From a bacterium (GTDB lineage Bacteria; Bacteroidota; Ignavibacteria; UBA10030), in the NCBI GenBank assembly GCA_043803945.1, contig JAZDJN010000054.1, forward strand, positions 32,001 through 96,000: a stretch of DNA of 64,000 nt, read 5' to 3'. The position numbers and the translations under genes are program-made. The notes under the pieces are model-generated. The model was not told where the DNA came from. It saw only the letters and a list, made by a program, of their open reading frames with translations, and ran no database searches. Positions 1 to 10,300 of the stretch are shown here, piece by piece; position 1 is the stretch's first letter, and every line of letters begins with the position of its first letter.

Positions 1-499
1 TCCGCTGAACTTGAACCTCTACGGAACATGGAACAAAACGATGTCTATACGGGATTACACCGGGAAAGAATTAGCACTCAGCGATATCGAGTTCCTTCTG
101 CCGGCAGTTTCAAAAAGTTCTGTGAAAATCGAGGGAATGAAAGTTCTTCCAAGCCCCTTTACACGCTACCCGCAGAACCAGCCGCTGCGTACCTATTTTC
201 AGGTCTATAATCTGATGAAGGATCGGCGTGGGATTACCTCGTATACCGTTGAATATTTCCTGGAGGCGGTGAATGTTTCTAAAGGATTGTTTGACAAAGT
301 TGCCGACCTCTTCCGCTCGGGTGGCAAAGTGGCATTTAACACTAAACTTGAGAAACGCAGCGAAGAATCGGATGATTCTGTTTTCTTTCCGGTTGTTATC
401 GACGGATTTAATTCAGGTGAGTATCTCCTTACCATAAAGGTCACCGACAATCTTTCGAAAAGGACGATGGAGCGGAGGAGGGCTATACATATTCAGTAG
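1..499 (+). CDS. C-terminal part of GWxTD-family protein (paralog of 882..3314), truncated by window start
   Basis: DYTGKELALSDIEFLLP...VLPSPF...YFQVYNL...GEYLLTIKVTD aligns with the C-terminus of the downstream ORF (DYSGTDLSMSDIEILFP...VMPSPF...YVQVYNL...GDYYLTIRVTD). Confidence 0.75.
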   Translation, partial: PLNLNLYGTWNKTMSIRDYTGKELALSDIEFLLPAVSKSSVKIEGMKVLPSPFTRYPQNQPLRTYFQVYNLMKDRRGITSYTVEYFLEAVNVSKGLFDKVADLFRSGGKVAFNTKLEKRSEESDDSVFFPVVIDGFNSGEYLLTIKVTDNLSKRTMERRRAIHIQ

Positions 500-525
500 G
501 TTATGGATTCCCAATCAGATTTTAC

Positions 526-792
526 CACTTACGTAAAAAAAGAAAAATCATCAATTAATCTGGGTTCTTAATAGCAAACTCCAAACCACCCCATATGAGG
601 CTCTCTAAAAAGTGTCTTTGTTATTTCGATCCCGATTTATCGGGAGAGAAATCTTGCTTTTTGTTTAGATTTCTCAGTTGCTGTGCGCCTTCGAAATGAC
701 AAAACGGTCTTTTTGGACAGCCCCCAAAAGGGGAGGTCAAAAACAAAATTGATCGCTTCAGTCATACAGATTCTTCTTCCGGCGTAACGTGA
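526..792. mobile_element. Nested non-autonomous element, copy 1: outer arms plus inner MITE 597..724 with REP-like core
   Basis: Arms match 13036..13307 and the reverse complement of 22014..22358; inner ends GAGGCTCTCTAAAA/TTTTGGACAGCCCC; core GTTATTTCGA..AGAAATCT..AGATTTCT..TTCGAAATGAC. Confidence 0.75.
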
Positions 793-881
793 GTCATTAA
801 GTATTTTTTTATCGAAAAGGGTAAAGGCGAGCGATCCTTATAACTCAACCTTAGTGCTCACGCGGCTGAGTATCAACATTT

Positions 882-3314
882 ATGAAGCACACACCGTTTC
901 CTCATACCAAGAGACTACACTCTGTAATATCTGTAAGCCATGCGTGGGTGCTTTGCCCTCTGATTAGGTTTTCACGACTGTTCCGACATTCGTACCTCAG
1001 AAACATCCATCTGCTACACCTTGCATTCTTGTTCCCCTTAATCCTCTATTCTCAAAATTTCAAACAGGGAACAGTTGATTCTCTTCTTCTGCGTGCAGAT
1101 TCCTGTCTAAAAAGGGGATTATCGGGCGAGGCAAAAAAACTCTTTGGGACAATTCTCTCCAATTCCGGATCAGCCTCCGTTCAAGCGTTATCGGGAAGAG
1201 GGTCTCTCTTTATGGCAGAAGGCCGGTGGGGGCAGGCACTCGACGACATAAAAAAAGCAGTGCAGGGTGCTCCGGAGAATATGGAGCTGCATTACCAGCT
1301 TGCGATCTGCGAGAGAGAGTATGCGCGCTTGTATTCCGGCGGAAGTCATTGGACGGATGCTAACAACGAGTTTCAGTGGATTCTGAGAAAAGACTCTCTC
1401 TATCAGGATATTCTCGGACAGTATGCACTCTTTCTGTATTTTCGCGGTGAGGGAGAGAAAGCCTTTGACGTTGCTCAACGGTTTGTCCTGAAGAAACCCC
1501 GCGATCCCCGTTCCCACCTTACTCTCCATAGGCTGTACCGATTATTTATCGCCGAGCATGATGAGGAAGAGGCTCTTGATGCATTTGAAAAGAGAGGTGA
1601 TGAGACTGCCCAGTATTTTGCGGGGGAGATACTCCGGAGAAGCGATAAACTCGAGAAGGCTGAGCAGATATTCCGCACACTCCTTTCCCGTGAACAAACA
1701 ATGCCGAGGCAGCCGATCTATCTTTCCCTTGCGCGTCTCTATGCCAAACGTGACCAACCCGATAGTGTAGACCGATGCTTCTGGTCAGCCGTGAATGATA
1801 TACAAGTCTTTGCCGGCATCGGATTTGTCTTTCGGGATCTCAAATATATTTTTTCTCCGACAGAGTACCAGCATTACATTTCACTTTCGAACGCTGCTCA
1901 GCAGGCAGTATTTTTCCGGACGTTTTGGCAGAGGAGAAATCCGGATCCAACGGCAATCCACAACAAACGGTTAGTGGAACATTACCAAAGGCTCAACGGT
2001 GCTGAGGAGCAATATGAATGCTGGTCATTCAGGCAGCAGCTCTTACCGGGTGAAATTCCAATTTCGTTTCCCCCGCTCTACGCGCTGAATCAGGAATTCA
2101 ACGATAAGGGATTGTTCTTTCTTCGTTTCGGCAAACCGGACCAGATTGCGACAAAGAGCGGATGGGAGCCGCTTTCGCAGACTGCTGGTTCAACTTTACG
2201 CTCCAGCACGGAGCTGGGTACAGGAACCGAGTCGTGGCTGTATACGAGAAAAGAAAATTATCCCAAAATGATTATTCACTTCAAGGAATTATCAGGAAGG
2301 CGGAATGAATGGCGGATTGGGACATGGGTGAGTGTCAACCTGCTTGAGAGATTGGCGGCCTGGGATATGAGCTATTTCGAGGTGTACCGTGATCCGGCAC
2401 GATATCTTGATCCCAACCAGAGTGAGGGGCAGCAGTGGATGGACAAGGTTGCCGAGGAGGGAGAGAAGACAGTTATTCTTGCACTCTCTATGGATCGGTC
2501 GTCGAGTGGTGAGAAGCTTATACAGATTCCAGTGCATTCCAGTGTCACCTCATTCCAGGGGCCCGCAAAGCGATCGTATGTGGATGTGAGCTATGCGATA
2601 CCGACCACAGCGATTCTCAACAAGGTGAGCGACACTACTCAAGTTGTCCGTGTTGAAATCGGGCTGCTTGTCCACAGCACATCGTCTGTGCAATTCTTGC
2701 GGCAGGTCGATACCGTTTCGATATCGCTGAAGGCGCATCCTTCCGGGATGTTTCTCGATCTGCTTCGGTTTCCCGCGCCGCCGGAGATTTACAACTTTGC
2801 GCTGCAAGTGAAAGTACTTGGCACACCGCTGGTGGGGGGATGGAGCTTTGTCGGAAAGGTCCCCGATTATTCAGGTACCGACCTCTCGATGAGCGATATT
2901 GAAATTCTCTTCCCTGTGCCGGAGCGGGGTGTCCTTCAGATCGATGGTGTCTCAGTTATGCCAAGTCCGTTTATTACGCTCATGACAACCGATCCTGTGA
3001 GAACCTATGTTCAGGTCTATAATCTACAGAAAGATTCGCTTGGAAAGACATCGTACACGATCGAATACAAATTGACCAAAGTTAGGTCAACCGAGAATTT
3101 TTTTGGCAAGGTATCGGGACTCTTCCGTTCGAAAAAGAAATCGGGTTCAACTTCGAAACTCGAATTGGGAGGGAAGGAAAAGGATGTGACTCAATATATG
3201 CCGCTGGTGGTGACAGATATTGAGCCAGGCGATTATTATTTGACGATACGAGTGACTGATCATAACAGGAAAAAAACAATTGAACGGTTGCGGCCGCTGG
3301 AGCTGCGGGAGTAA
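882..3314 (+). CDS. TPR- and GWxTD-domain protein, probably secreted; true start probably downstream of 882
   Basis: N-terminal TPR-like helices; FWQRRNPDP..N..L.EHYQR..NDKG.FFLRFGKPD and ESWLY motifs typical of the GWxTD domain. Confidence 0.75.
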   Translation: MKHTPFPHTKRLHSVISVSHAWVLCPLIRFSRLFRHSYLRNIHLLHLAFLFPLILYSQNFKQGTVDSLLLRADSCLKRGLSGEAKKLFGTILSNSGSASVQALSGRGSLFMAEGRWGQALDDIKKAVQGAPENMELHYQLAICEREYARLYSGGSHWTDANNEFQWILRKDSLYQDILGQYALFLYFRGEGEKAFDVAQRFVLKKPRDPRSHLTLHRLYRLFIAEHDEEEALDAFEKRGDETAQYFAGEILRRSDKLEKAEQIFRTLLSREQTMPRQPIYLSLARLYAKRDQPDSVDRCFWSAVNDIQVFAGIGFVFRDLKYIFSPTEYQHYISLSNAAQQAVFFRTFWQRRNPDPTAIHNKRLVEHYQRLNGAEEQYECWSFRQQLLPGEIPISFPPLYALNQEFNDKGLFFLRFGKPDQIATKSGWEPLSQTAGSTLRSSTELGTGTESWLYTRKENYPKMIIHFKELSGRRNEWRIGTWVSVNLLERLAAWDMSYFEVYRDPARYLDPNQSEGQQWMDKVAEEGEKTVILALSMDRSSSGEKLIQIPVHSSVTSFQGPAKRSYVDVSYAIPTTAILNKVSDTTQVVRVEIGLLVHSTSSVQFLRQVDTVSISLKAHPSGMFLDLLRFPAPPEIYNFALQVKVLGTPLVGGWSFVGKVPDYSGTDLSMSDIEILFPVPERGVLQIDGVSVMPSPFITLMTTDPVRTYVQVYNLQKDSLGKTSYTIEYKLTKVRSTENFFGKVSGLFRSKKKSGSTSKLELGGKEKDVTQYMPLVVTDIEPGDYYLTIRVTDHNRKKTIERLRPLELRE

Positions 3315-3320
3315 ATAGCT

Positions 3321-3919
3321 TTATCATTTCCCGGTTTCCAGTTCCACTCTAAACGCTCTCTGCACCGATCCCCAAACATCTCTAAAAAAGCAGACTGCAA
3401 GAACTGTTCTGTGAGTTGGTTTGCCTGCCGCCGCTTCTCCCGCGCAACATCGGCTTTCTCTAATATGGATGCGATTTGCTTTTGGATGGGAAGTGGGGGA
3501 AGAGGGACTCTAATTGATTCTAAATATGTTTTGTTTATATGCGGAATCGTTGCTCCGGTACAATGCTCTCTTAATGAAGAGAATTGCGATCGCAAAAACC
3601 AACCGAGATAGATTGGGGAGATCCCTTCGCTTACTATTCTCAGTCGAGCAAGTGTACTTCCAATGAATCCTTGTAACCCAAAACCAATTGTCCCCGCGTT
3701 TGCACCATCCCAATCAATTATGATATCTTTATTCGTAACCTCAACACCTTTCTCGTCTGTATACTTTAGATTGTTGTCAGTTCGCAAATCTTCAATTTGA
3801 ATGTATCTGCTTCCTCCATTCGTCGGAGATGTCAGGATAATATCATGTTTATTCCCCTTGGATATTGAGGTGAATTCGCCGAGCGGCTTCACGTTCCAAG
3901 CATTGATACTTACTCTCAT
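3321..3919 (-). pseudogene. hsdS: Type I RM specificity subunit with the second TRD deleted
   Basis: One TRD, then GATIPHI..PLPPLPIQKQIASILEKAD..FLEMFGD; the usual C-terminal tail (VQRAFRVEL..stop at ~3324) follows immediately in another frame. Confidence 0.8.
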
Positions 3920-5136
3920 CTGCGTTGCTTTCGATTCATAAGAGCTTTTCTGGTTACTTCCACTTCATTCGCCAACCTCTTCTCATCAGGTAGAGCAAGC
4001 TTGTACTCTGCAGCGAGTACTTTGTTGGGTAATCCTTCGAGTGCATACCTGGCAACAGCAGTGTCCTTCTCAGCGCAGAGGATCAGTCCGACCGGCGGAT
4101 TCTCACCATCGTTCACCCAATGTTCACGAGCGTAATTGAGATACAGATGCATCTGCCCGGCATCGGCGTGTGTGAACTTACCGACCTTCAGGTCGATTAC
4201 CACCAAACATCTCAGCTTGCGGTGGAAGAAGAGAAGGTCGATGCGGTACCATTCGTTACCTATACGGAGACGTTTTTGTCTGCCAATGAATGCGAAGTCG
4301 CCGCCGAGCTCGAGCAGGAACCTCTCCAAGTGCACAATGAGGGCTTCCTCCAGATCATTCTCAGAGTACTCATCCTTCAATCCGAGAAACTCCAGCACGT
4401 ACGGATCTTTGATCTCCTCCTCGGCAGTTGGGATGTCTCCTGCCTGTGGCTTCGATCCTTTCTTTAGCATCGCTCCCTTCTTTCTAGAAAGAAGCGTGCG
4501 CTTATAAAATTTGGTCGAGATCTGTCTGTCCAATTGCCGCACAGACCAACCGCCGCGAATTGCTTCAGTTTCGTAGAAGGCACGAGCCTCGGGGTTCTCC
4601 ACTGAGAGGAAACGAACATAATGCGACCAAGGAAGAGGAAAGGTATGAGCAAGTTGCGAGAGAGTGATTTTCCGGGACAGTGTTTCGGATTTTCCAGACA
4701 GTGTCTGAATAATTTCAGGTTCGGTAGGCAGTGCCAGCATTTTCTGTATCGTTGCAGTTTCAGATTGTGCAGACAGTGTCTGCACAATTGAAGATTTGCC
4801 AGACAGTGTCTGTCGAATGTGATTTGGATCCCACGCAAGGAAAAAAGCTCTGATTTGAAACAGATTACGCCGGCTGAATCCACGACCGAACCGTGCTGTC
4901 AGATCTTCAGCCAATTTATCGATTACCTGTTCACCATAAGCTGCCCTTATGTATCCACGCTGCTCAAACTCCACGATCCTTTGCCCAATTTCCCAGTAGG
5001 TTGCAGTGAGAATAGCATTGACTGTTCGAGCGCTTGTTCGCCTTGCCTGCTCTAACAGCTCACTGACCGAAGAAAGGAGTCCATGGTAATCGCCAGCCCG
5101 GACAAGTACGCTTGATGCATTTTTCTTTTTTGCCAT
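3916..5136 (-). CDS. DUF1016/YhcG family PD-(D/E)XK nuclease
   Basis: YWEIGQRIV, LPWSHY, WSVRQL, KDPYVLEFLGL, IDLLFFHRKLRCLVVIDLK, GQMHLYL motifs. Confidence 0.9.
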   Translation of the reverse strand: MAKKKNASSVLVRAGDYHGLLSSVSELLEQARRTSARTVNAILTATYWEIGQRIVEFEQRGYIRAAYGEQVIDKLAEDLTARFGRGFSRRNLFQIRAFFLAWDPNHIRQTLSGKSSIVQTLSAQSETATIQKMLALPTEPEIIQTLSGKSETLSRKITLSQLAHTFPLPWSHYVRFLSVENPEARAFYETEAIRGGWSVRQLDRQISTKFYKRTLLSRKKGAMLKKGSKPQAGDIPTAEEEIKDPYVLEFLGLKDEYSENDLEEALIVHLERFLLELGGDFAFIGRQKRLRIGNEWYRIDLLFFHRKLRCLVVIDLKVGKFTHADAGQMHLYLNYAREHWVNDGENPPVGLILCAEKDTAVARYALEGLPNKVLAAEYKLALPDEKRLANEVEVTRKALMNRKQRR

Positions 5137-5138
5137 AG

Positions 5139-6670
5139 TTAGCGAATCATCGCCTTTATGTTTTGAATGTCTTGCGCAATTTCGTTTTCCAGCTCCAGCA
5201 CTTTTTTCATGATGGCTTCCGGTTTCTCATACTCGATCTCCTTGTGTTCGATTTCCTTGTAGCGTGAGATAGAGAGATCGTACTTGTTGGTGCGAATTTC
5301 ATCGGCAGGAACGGGGAAATGTTTGCCTTTTCGGTTCGGACCCCCCTCCAATCCCCCCTTAACAAGGGGGGACAATGGGGGGTCAGACGCGAACGCCATT
5401 TGTCGATAATATCCGGAATATCATTCTCCGAAACCTTCTGCCGCTTATCATCCAGCGAAAATCCATCCGCCTCCATATCATAAAACCAGACGTTGTCTGT
5501 TGTGCCGCCCTTCTGGAAGATGAGCACCGCAGTGGAGACTCCTGCGTAGGGTTTGAACACACCCGATGGCATGGAGATAACGCCCTCGAGTTTGCATTTG
5601 TCAACAAGTATCTTTCTCAACGCAAGATGTGCGTTGCTCGTGCCGAACAGCACACCGTCGGGCACAATCACGCTGCACCGCCCGCCTGTTACAAGCAGGT
5701 CGTACATCAATTCAATAAAGAGCAACTCTGTCTTTGTTGTTTTCACCGAGAACCGCTCGTTGATGTCGCTCTTATCGATAGATCCCTTGAACGGCGGATT
5801 GGCGAGTATAACATCGTACTGCGTCTTCTCGGCAAACGCTTTGGAGAGTGTATCGGTATAACGGAAGTTGGGATTGTCGATACCATGCAGCATCAGGTTC
5901 ATTGCGCCGATGCGCGTCATTGTGGCGTCGAAGTCGTAGCCGGTGAGCGCCTGGCTCTTGAGGAATTTTAACAGCTTCTTGTCGGCAATCCTATCGCCGA
6001 TGAGATGGTGCGGTTTCCCTTCATCGTCGTACTCAAGCACGTCGGGACTGGTATTCGATTCGAGTATGTGTTCGTATGCATTCACCAAAAATCCGCCTGT
6101 GCCCGCGGCCGGGTCGCAGATACGGTCGCCAACCTTTGGATCGACCAGCTTCACCATCATGCGGATGATATGCCTAGAAGTACGGAACTGTCCATTCTTG
6201 CCCGCCGTGGTAAGCTGCATCAGTAGATACTCGTACAGGTCTCCCTGCACATCGATGTTTTGTTCGCTTATGTGCATCTCGTCGATAATTTTCACAGCTT
6301 CTTGCAGCAACGATGCCTTTGGAATGATGAAGACTGCATCCTGCATATGCTGTGTGAAGGAGCTTGTCTCGCTTCCAAGATTGCGAAGAAACTCGAACAC
6401 TTTATCACGCACATGCTTCAACATCTGGTCGCCGGGCAACTGGCTCCAGTATGACCATCGGCATTCCTTGTTTGAGCGAAATACAGACTTGTACGGCGTG
6501 CCTCTGCGCTTCGCCGATGCAGTGCGAGCGTTGTCCATATCTTCCAGACGCTTGAGGAAGATAAGATAGGACATCTGCTCGATAGCCGTCAGCGGATTGG
6601 AGATACCGCCGGACCAAAACTTATCCCAGAGAGCGTTTACTTTTGATTTTAGTTGTGGGTCAGTGAGCAT
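5139..6670 (-). pseudogene. hsdM: Type I RM methyltransferase subunit, frameshifted near the 3' end at a hairpin insertion
   Basis: DPAAGTGGFL and NPPF motifs; the C-terminal NKYDLSISRYKEIE tail lies in a different frame (5139..5399). Confidence 0.85.
5339..5385. repeat. GC-run palindrome GACCCCCCTCCAATCCCCCCTTAACAAGGGGGGACAATGGGGGGTC inside hsdM
   Basis: Imperfect inverted repeat; related motifs at ~55100-55136 and ~61441. Confidence 0.75.
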
Positions 6671-6712
6671 AAGTTTTTAATTCTTCCTCATGGTTTCGAC
6701 CCCACCCTTTGT

Positions 6713-6831
6713 GAGGCTGTCTTAAAAATACATTTATTGGTGGGATAGGCATTCTTGCCTGTCCGATATTAGCAAATAATGACAAACAGGAATGTTTGTC
6801 CCACCAAATTTTTTTCTTTTTGGACAGCCGC
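6713..6831. mobile_element. MITE with GAGGCTGTC/GGACAGCCGC ends and GTGGGA..TCCCAC REP-like core
   Basis: Terminal inverted repeats shared with the 597, 22083 and 55207 elements; overlaps the 3' end of the DUF559 gene. Confidence 0.65.
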
Positions 6832-7221
6832 ATAATGCAAGGCGGTCATGAAACTTTGTCTTCGAGATTTGATAGTCTCATTTATCTTTACAAGAACATC
6901 GTTTAATTTGTTATATATTTCTTCATTCGTGAACCTCACAACGCAAATTCCAAGTGCTTCGATTTCTTTTTGTCTGTTTCTATCATATTCAATCGCATCA
7001 GCTTTATCATGTGATGATCTATCAATTTCAATAGCAAGTTTGATTTCCGTTGAATAAAAATCTACCACATACGATCCAATGCTGTATTGCCGGCGAAACT
7101 TGCATCCATTTATTTGTCTGCTCCGTATCCGTGCCCACAAGAGCCGTTCTGCTTCTGTCATCTCCCGGCGCAGTTCCTGCCGCCGCTCCTTCATCTCAAA
7201 CCTGTTGAAGACATCAGTCAT
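6769..7221 (-). CDS. DUF559/Vsr-like endonuclease-domain protein (3' end runs into the MITE)
   Basis: LRREMTEAERLLW..KFRRQY.IG.YVVDFY..LAIEID..H..YD..R..LG..V.RFTNEEI. Confidence 0.85.
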   Translation of the reverse strand: MTDVFNRFEMKERRQELRREMTEAERLLWARIRSRQINGCKFRRQYSIGSYVVDFYSTEIKLAIEIDRSSHDKADAIEYDRNRQKEIEALGICVVRFTNEEIYNKLNDVLVKINETIKSRRQSFMTALHYAAVQKEKNLVGQTFLFVIIC

Positions 7222-7294
7222 ACACTATGATAATACTAAAATATCCTCCTTCACAAGTCGAAGATCCCGCTTGCTCTTGAGCGGGAGGGTCGCC

Positions 7295-7360
7295 ACCGCC
7301 CGACCAGAATTTATCCCAGAGGGCGTCGACTTGACTTTTCAGTTGAAGATCGATGAGCAT
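7295..7360 (-). repeat. Duplicated 5' end of hsdM (MLIDLQLKSQVDALWDKFWSGG)
   Basis: Direct repeat of 6605..6670 (MLTDPQLKSKVNALWDKFWSGG). Confidence 0.85.
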
Positions 7361-7361
7361 C

Positions 7362-10300
7362 TCAATTAGCTATTTGTTCATAAAGAATGATCCGAGTTTG
7401 GGGATCAGGTGAGAGATGAGGTGCCATCAAGGGTTCATCAATTACAATTGATGATCTCACCTTCCAGTCCTCTTTCGATACAATTCGAAAACGGTTGAGG
7501 ACAACGTCAAGGTTCTTTCTTACCCATTCCACTCTCCGTAAATGCTTCGCAAGATGTGACTGAGGGCCGTCAAAAAGTTCTTTTAGTTCTTGATGAAACT
7601 CATATGGTGTTCTTGAGAGAAGAAGGTCTTTGCACTCAATAATATCGATGATTTTATCTTGCGGATATAATACAATAACGTCAATATCGCCTAATGACTG
7701 TCCGCGTCCAAACTCCATTTCCACTTTTCCGAACCTCTTTATGTTGGAATCGACGATCACGTTCTCACTTTTTTTGAATTGTTGAGCCACTTTCTCATTA
7801 AACTGGCGACCGTATGGCTCCCTGAGTTTGCTAATAATACGCTGCAAAGCTGTTGATTTTACCTGACTATGGAGGCGACCGGAAACGATAGTTCCGAAGA
7901 AGTTGTTGAACGCCGTCCAAAGCATCCTTACACCAAAATGGATATACGGTATGCCGTTTCTTAATTCAACAATTAATGGTCGACGGATGTATGATACTTG
8001 TCGATTGAATCTCCAAGGATAGTAGTGGTGCTTCCCAGAGAACTTAGGATGGCTAAAAAACTCTGTTCTTGGTTCAAACACAAGCGCCTCCAATAGCACA
8101 GCAATACGTTCAGGTGGAATCTTGCCATCTGAGGTTAATGATTGATGTATATTTTCGTAAACACCAACGTAGATAGTTAAATCACTTTTCAATGCAATCG
8201 AATGCAAACAACCGACAAGGTTAGAATAATCATCCAGAGTATATCCAAATTCTTCTAACATGCCAGTATTCACTTCCATCAACAAATCGCTCGTTCGTTC
8301 ATCAGGTGGATCGACTTGCTTTATGGTAGAGCTCCAGTGCTTTTGAAAAACTCTGAGGAGGTGACTAGAGTATCGAGTGAAATACTGTGAAGTAAAAGCA
8401 GACAAGGCTTTTTCATACTGCTCTCTTGTGCGACCTACGCGACCTGAATCGAGTAGTTTGACCTTCATATTACCAATATTGTAATAGAGTAGATCACTGG
8501 TAAATCCCCAGCTAACAATTTGCTCTGCTATAGCAACCAAGCGGTCAAGGGACGCCTCACTGACAGGACGAATTCCAGATGGGGGCTGCGCCGCTACGTA
8601 TTCTATAAGGAACCTACTTGCAATACTAGATTCCGATATCTTTTTCGATCGTTCTTCGAACATTGAACTAATCTTTGATTGATCAGCAATTTCCAACTGC
8701 ATAGGCATCTGCATTTCAATAAGTGCCTTCTCTCGAACTAGTGCTTCATTCTGTCCTATGAGCGTTTCGATCAGATCTGTGGCACGATAGGTTGCTACCT
8801 CTTTTTTCAGTTCCGAAAAGAGATGACTGACGATATGTTCATTAATGAACGTTGCTTGTTTTCCAGGATCATCTTCAATTTTAAGTTTGAGGCTGGTAAC
8901 ATGTTCACCAACGTCATCCAGCATGGATTCTATGTCCATTTCATCAACAAGCCTTGGATCGTCAATTCCCCTAGGATCAAGCTCTGGATTCGTAATAGTA
9001 TCAACAGTAGATATTTTCTTCTTTCGTCCGAGTGGTGCATACTTGTTGAGCAACTGCTCGATGCTGGTCGTTCCAAATGGATCACTTGCCAGGTTTCTTC
9101 TTACTACCTCACCGAGTGCCCTGAGGAGGATACCAATAGCAAACCTTTCTCCTTCGTTTGTTTGGCCATACATCTTGTGTACAATCGCAGGATAAATTTC
9201 TACCGTGATCATTTCTTTGGTCGTTATATCGCATATCAAGTAAGCCTCGTCTCTGAGTGGTGGTTCGCTCGGCCTCCAAGAATTCCAGTCAGCCTTTTCG
9301 TCGATTTTAATCTGGATAACAAACTGAGAGTATAGTTGCTTGATTTGGAGAAATATTAGTTCTAAGGCTTCGCGCATTTCATACAACCAAAAACTGAACA
9401 TCTCGATCATTTCGATCACGATTCTACGAGGGTCACCCGACAGCTTCTCGTTTTCACAGACAAACCAGATAGGAATGGTAAAAGCTTCAAGCAATACTTC
9501 AACAGCGCTTGGGATATCTCTTGGGATATACACGGGAGTATTATCACCGTGCAACTTGATCACCTCTGTGATCGCATCTCTTGAAGGTGTCACTACCGCG
9601 TGGCGATCAATCTTTATAAGCGCTTCTGTCCTCACTGCTCTTGCAAAGTCACCTGGGAGATAGAGCATGGTAGGTTGAGTTTCATCGCCAATGTAATACG
9701 AATATTTTTTGGATCGAAAGAAGCCATACTCATCCATAGTATCAAAACTGATGATCTGAGTTCTATTTCGGATTCTTTTTTGAGCAATTGCGTATTTATA
9801 CAAAAAGAGATTCTTTCCACCCTCAAGTGTAGCAATAATATCTAGTGTTGCGGAGGAAAGGCACAGTGCTGGGAAATCATAATACGGCTGGCAAAATTGA
9901 AATTTGGTCCACCGAAGAAAATGACAAAACAAAAACAGATACATTATCTCATTGGGTGGATTCTTGGAGAGGAAAAAAATATCCGATAGCTCTTTCAATT
10001 TCACGTGCAAGACGGATGAATCTCCAATAGTATTCACATTGGATCGCGGAACTAGATCATCGGTGAGTAAACACACGATCATCACCTTATCAACATCAAA
10101 TCCAAAAGCACCAATGACGCTTGAAAGCCTGGCATCCTCTTTAGGTTCCAAGCCCTTGATAGGGAGTGCTTCAAGCCAACTAAGGTGAGTAGACACACTT
10201 GCCCACGCTTTGTGTCGCAGTTCCTGTGCAAATTTGTCTCTCAATCCATTTTGTTCAAGTACATTAATTATGTGGTGTTTCAGCGAAGGCAAGAGCGCGC

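Noticed and set aside
526-792. Integron attC site
   Set aside because: The GTT/AAC ends are in the opposite order to attC (RYYYAAC..GTTRRRY), and there is no integrase.
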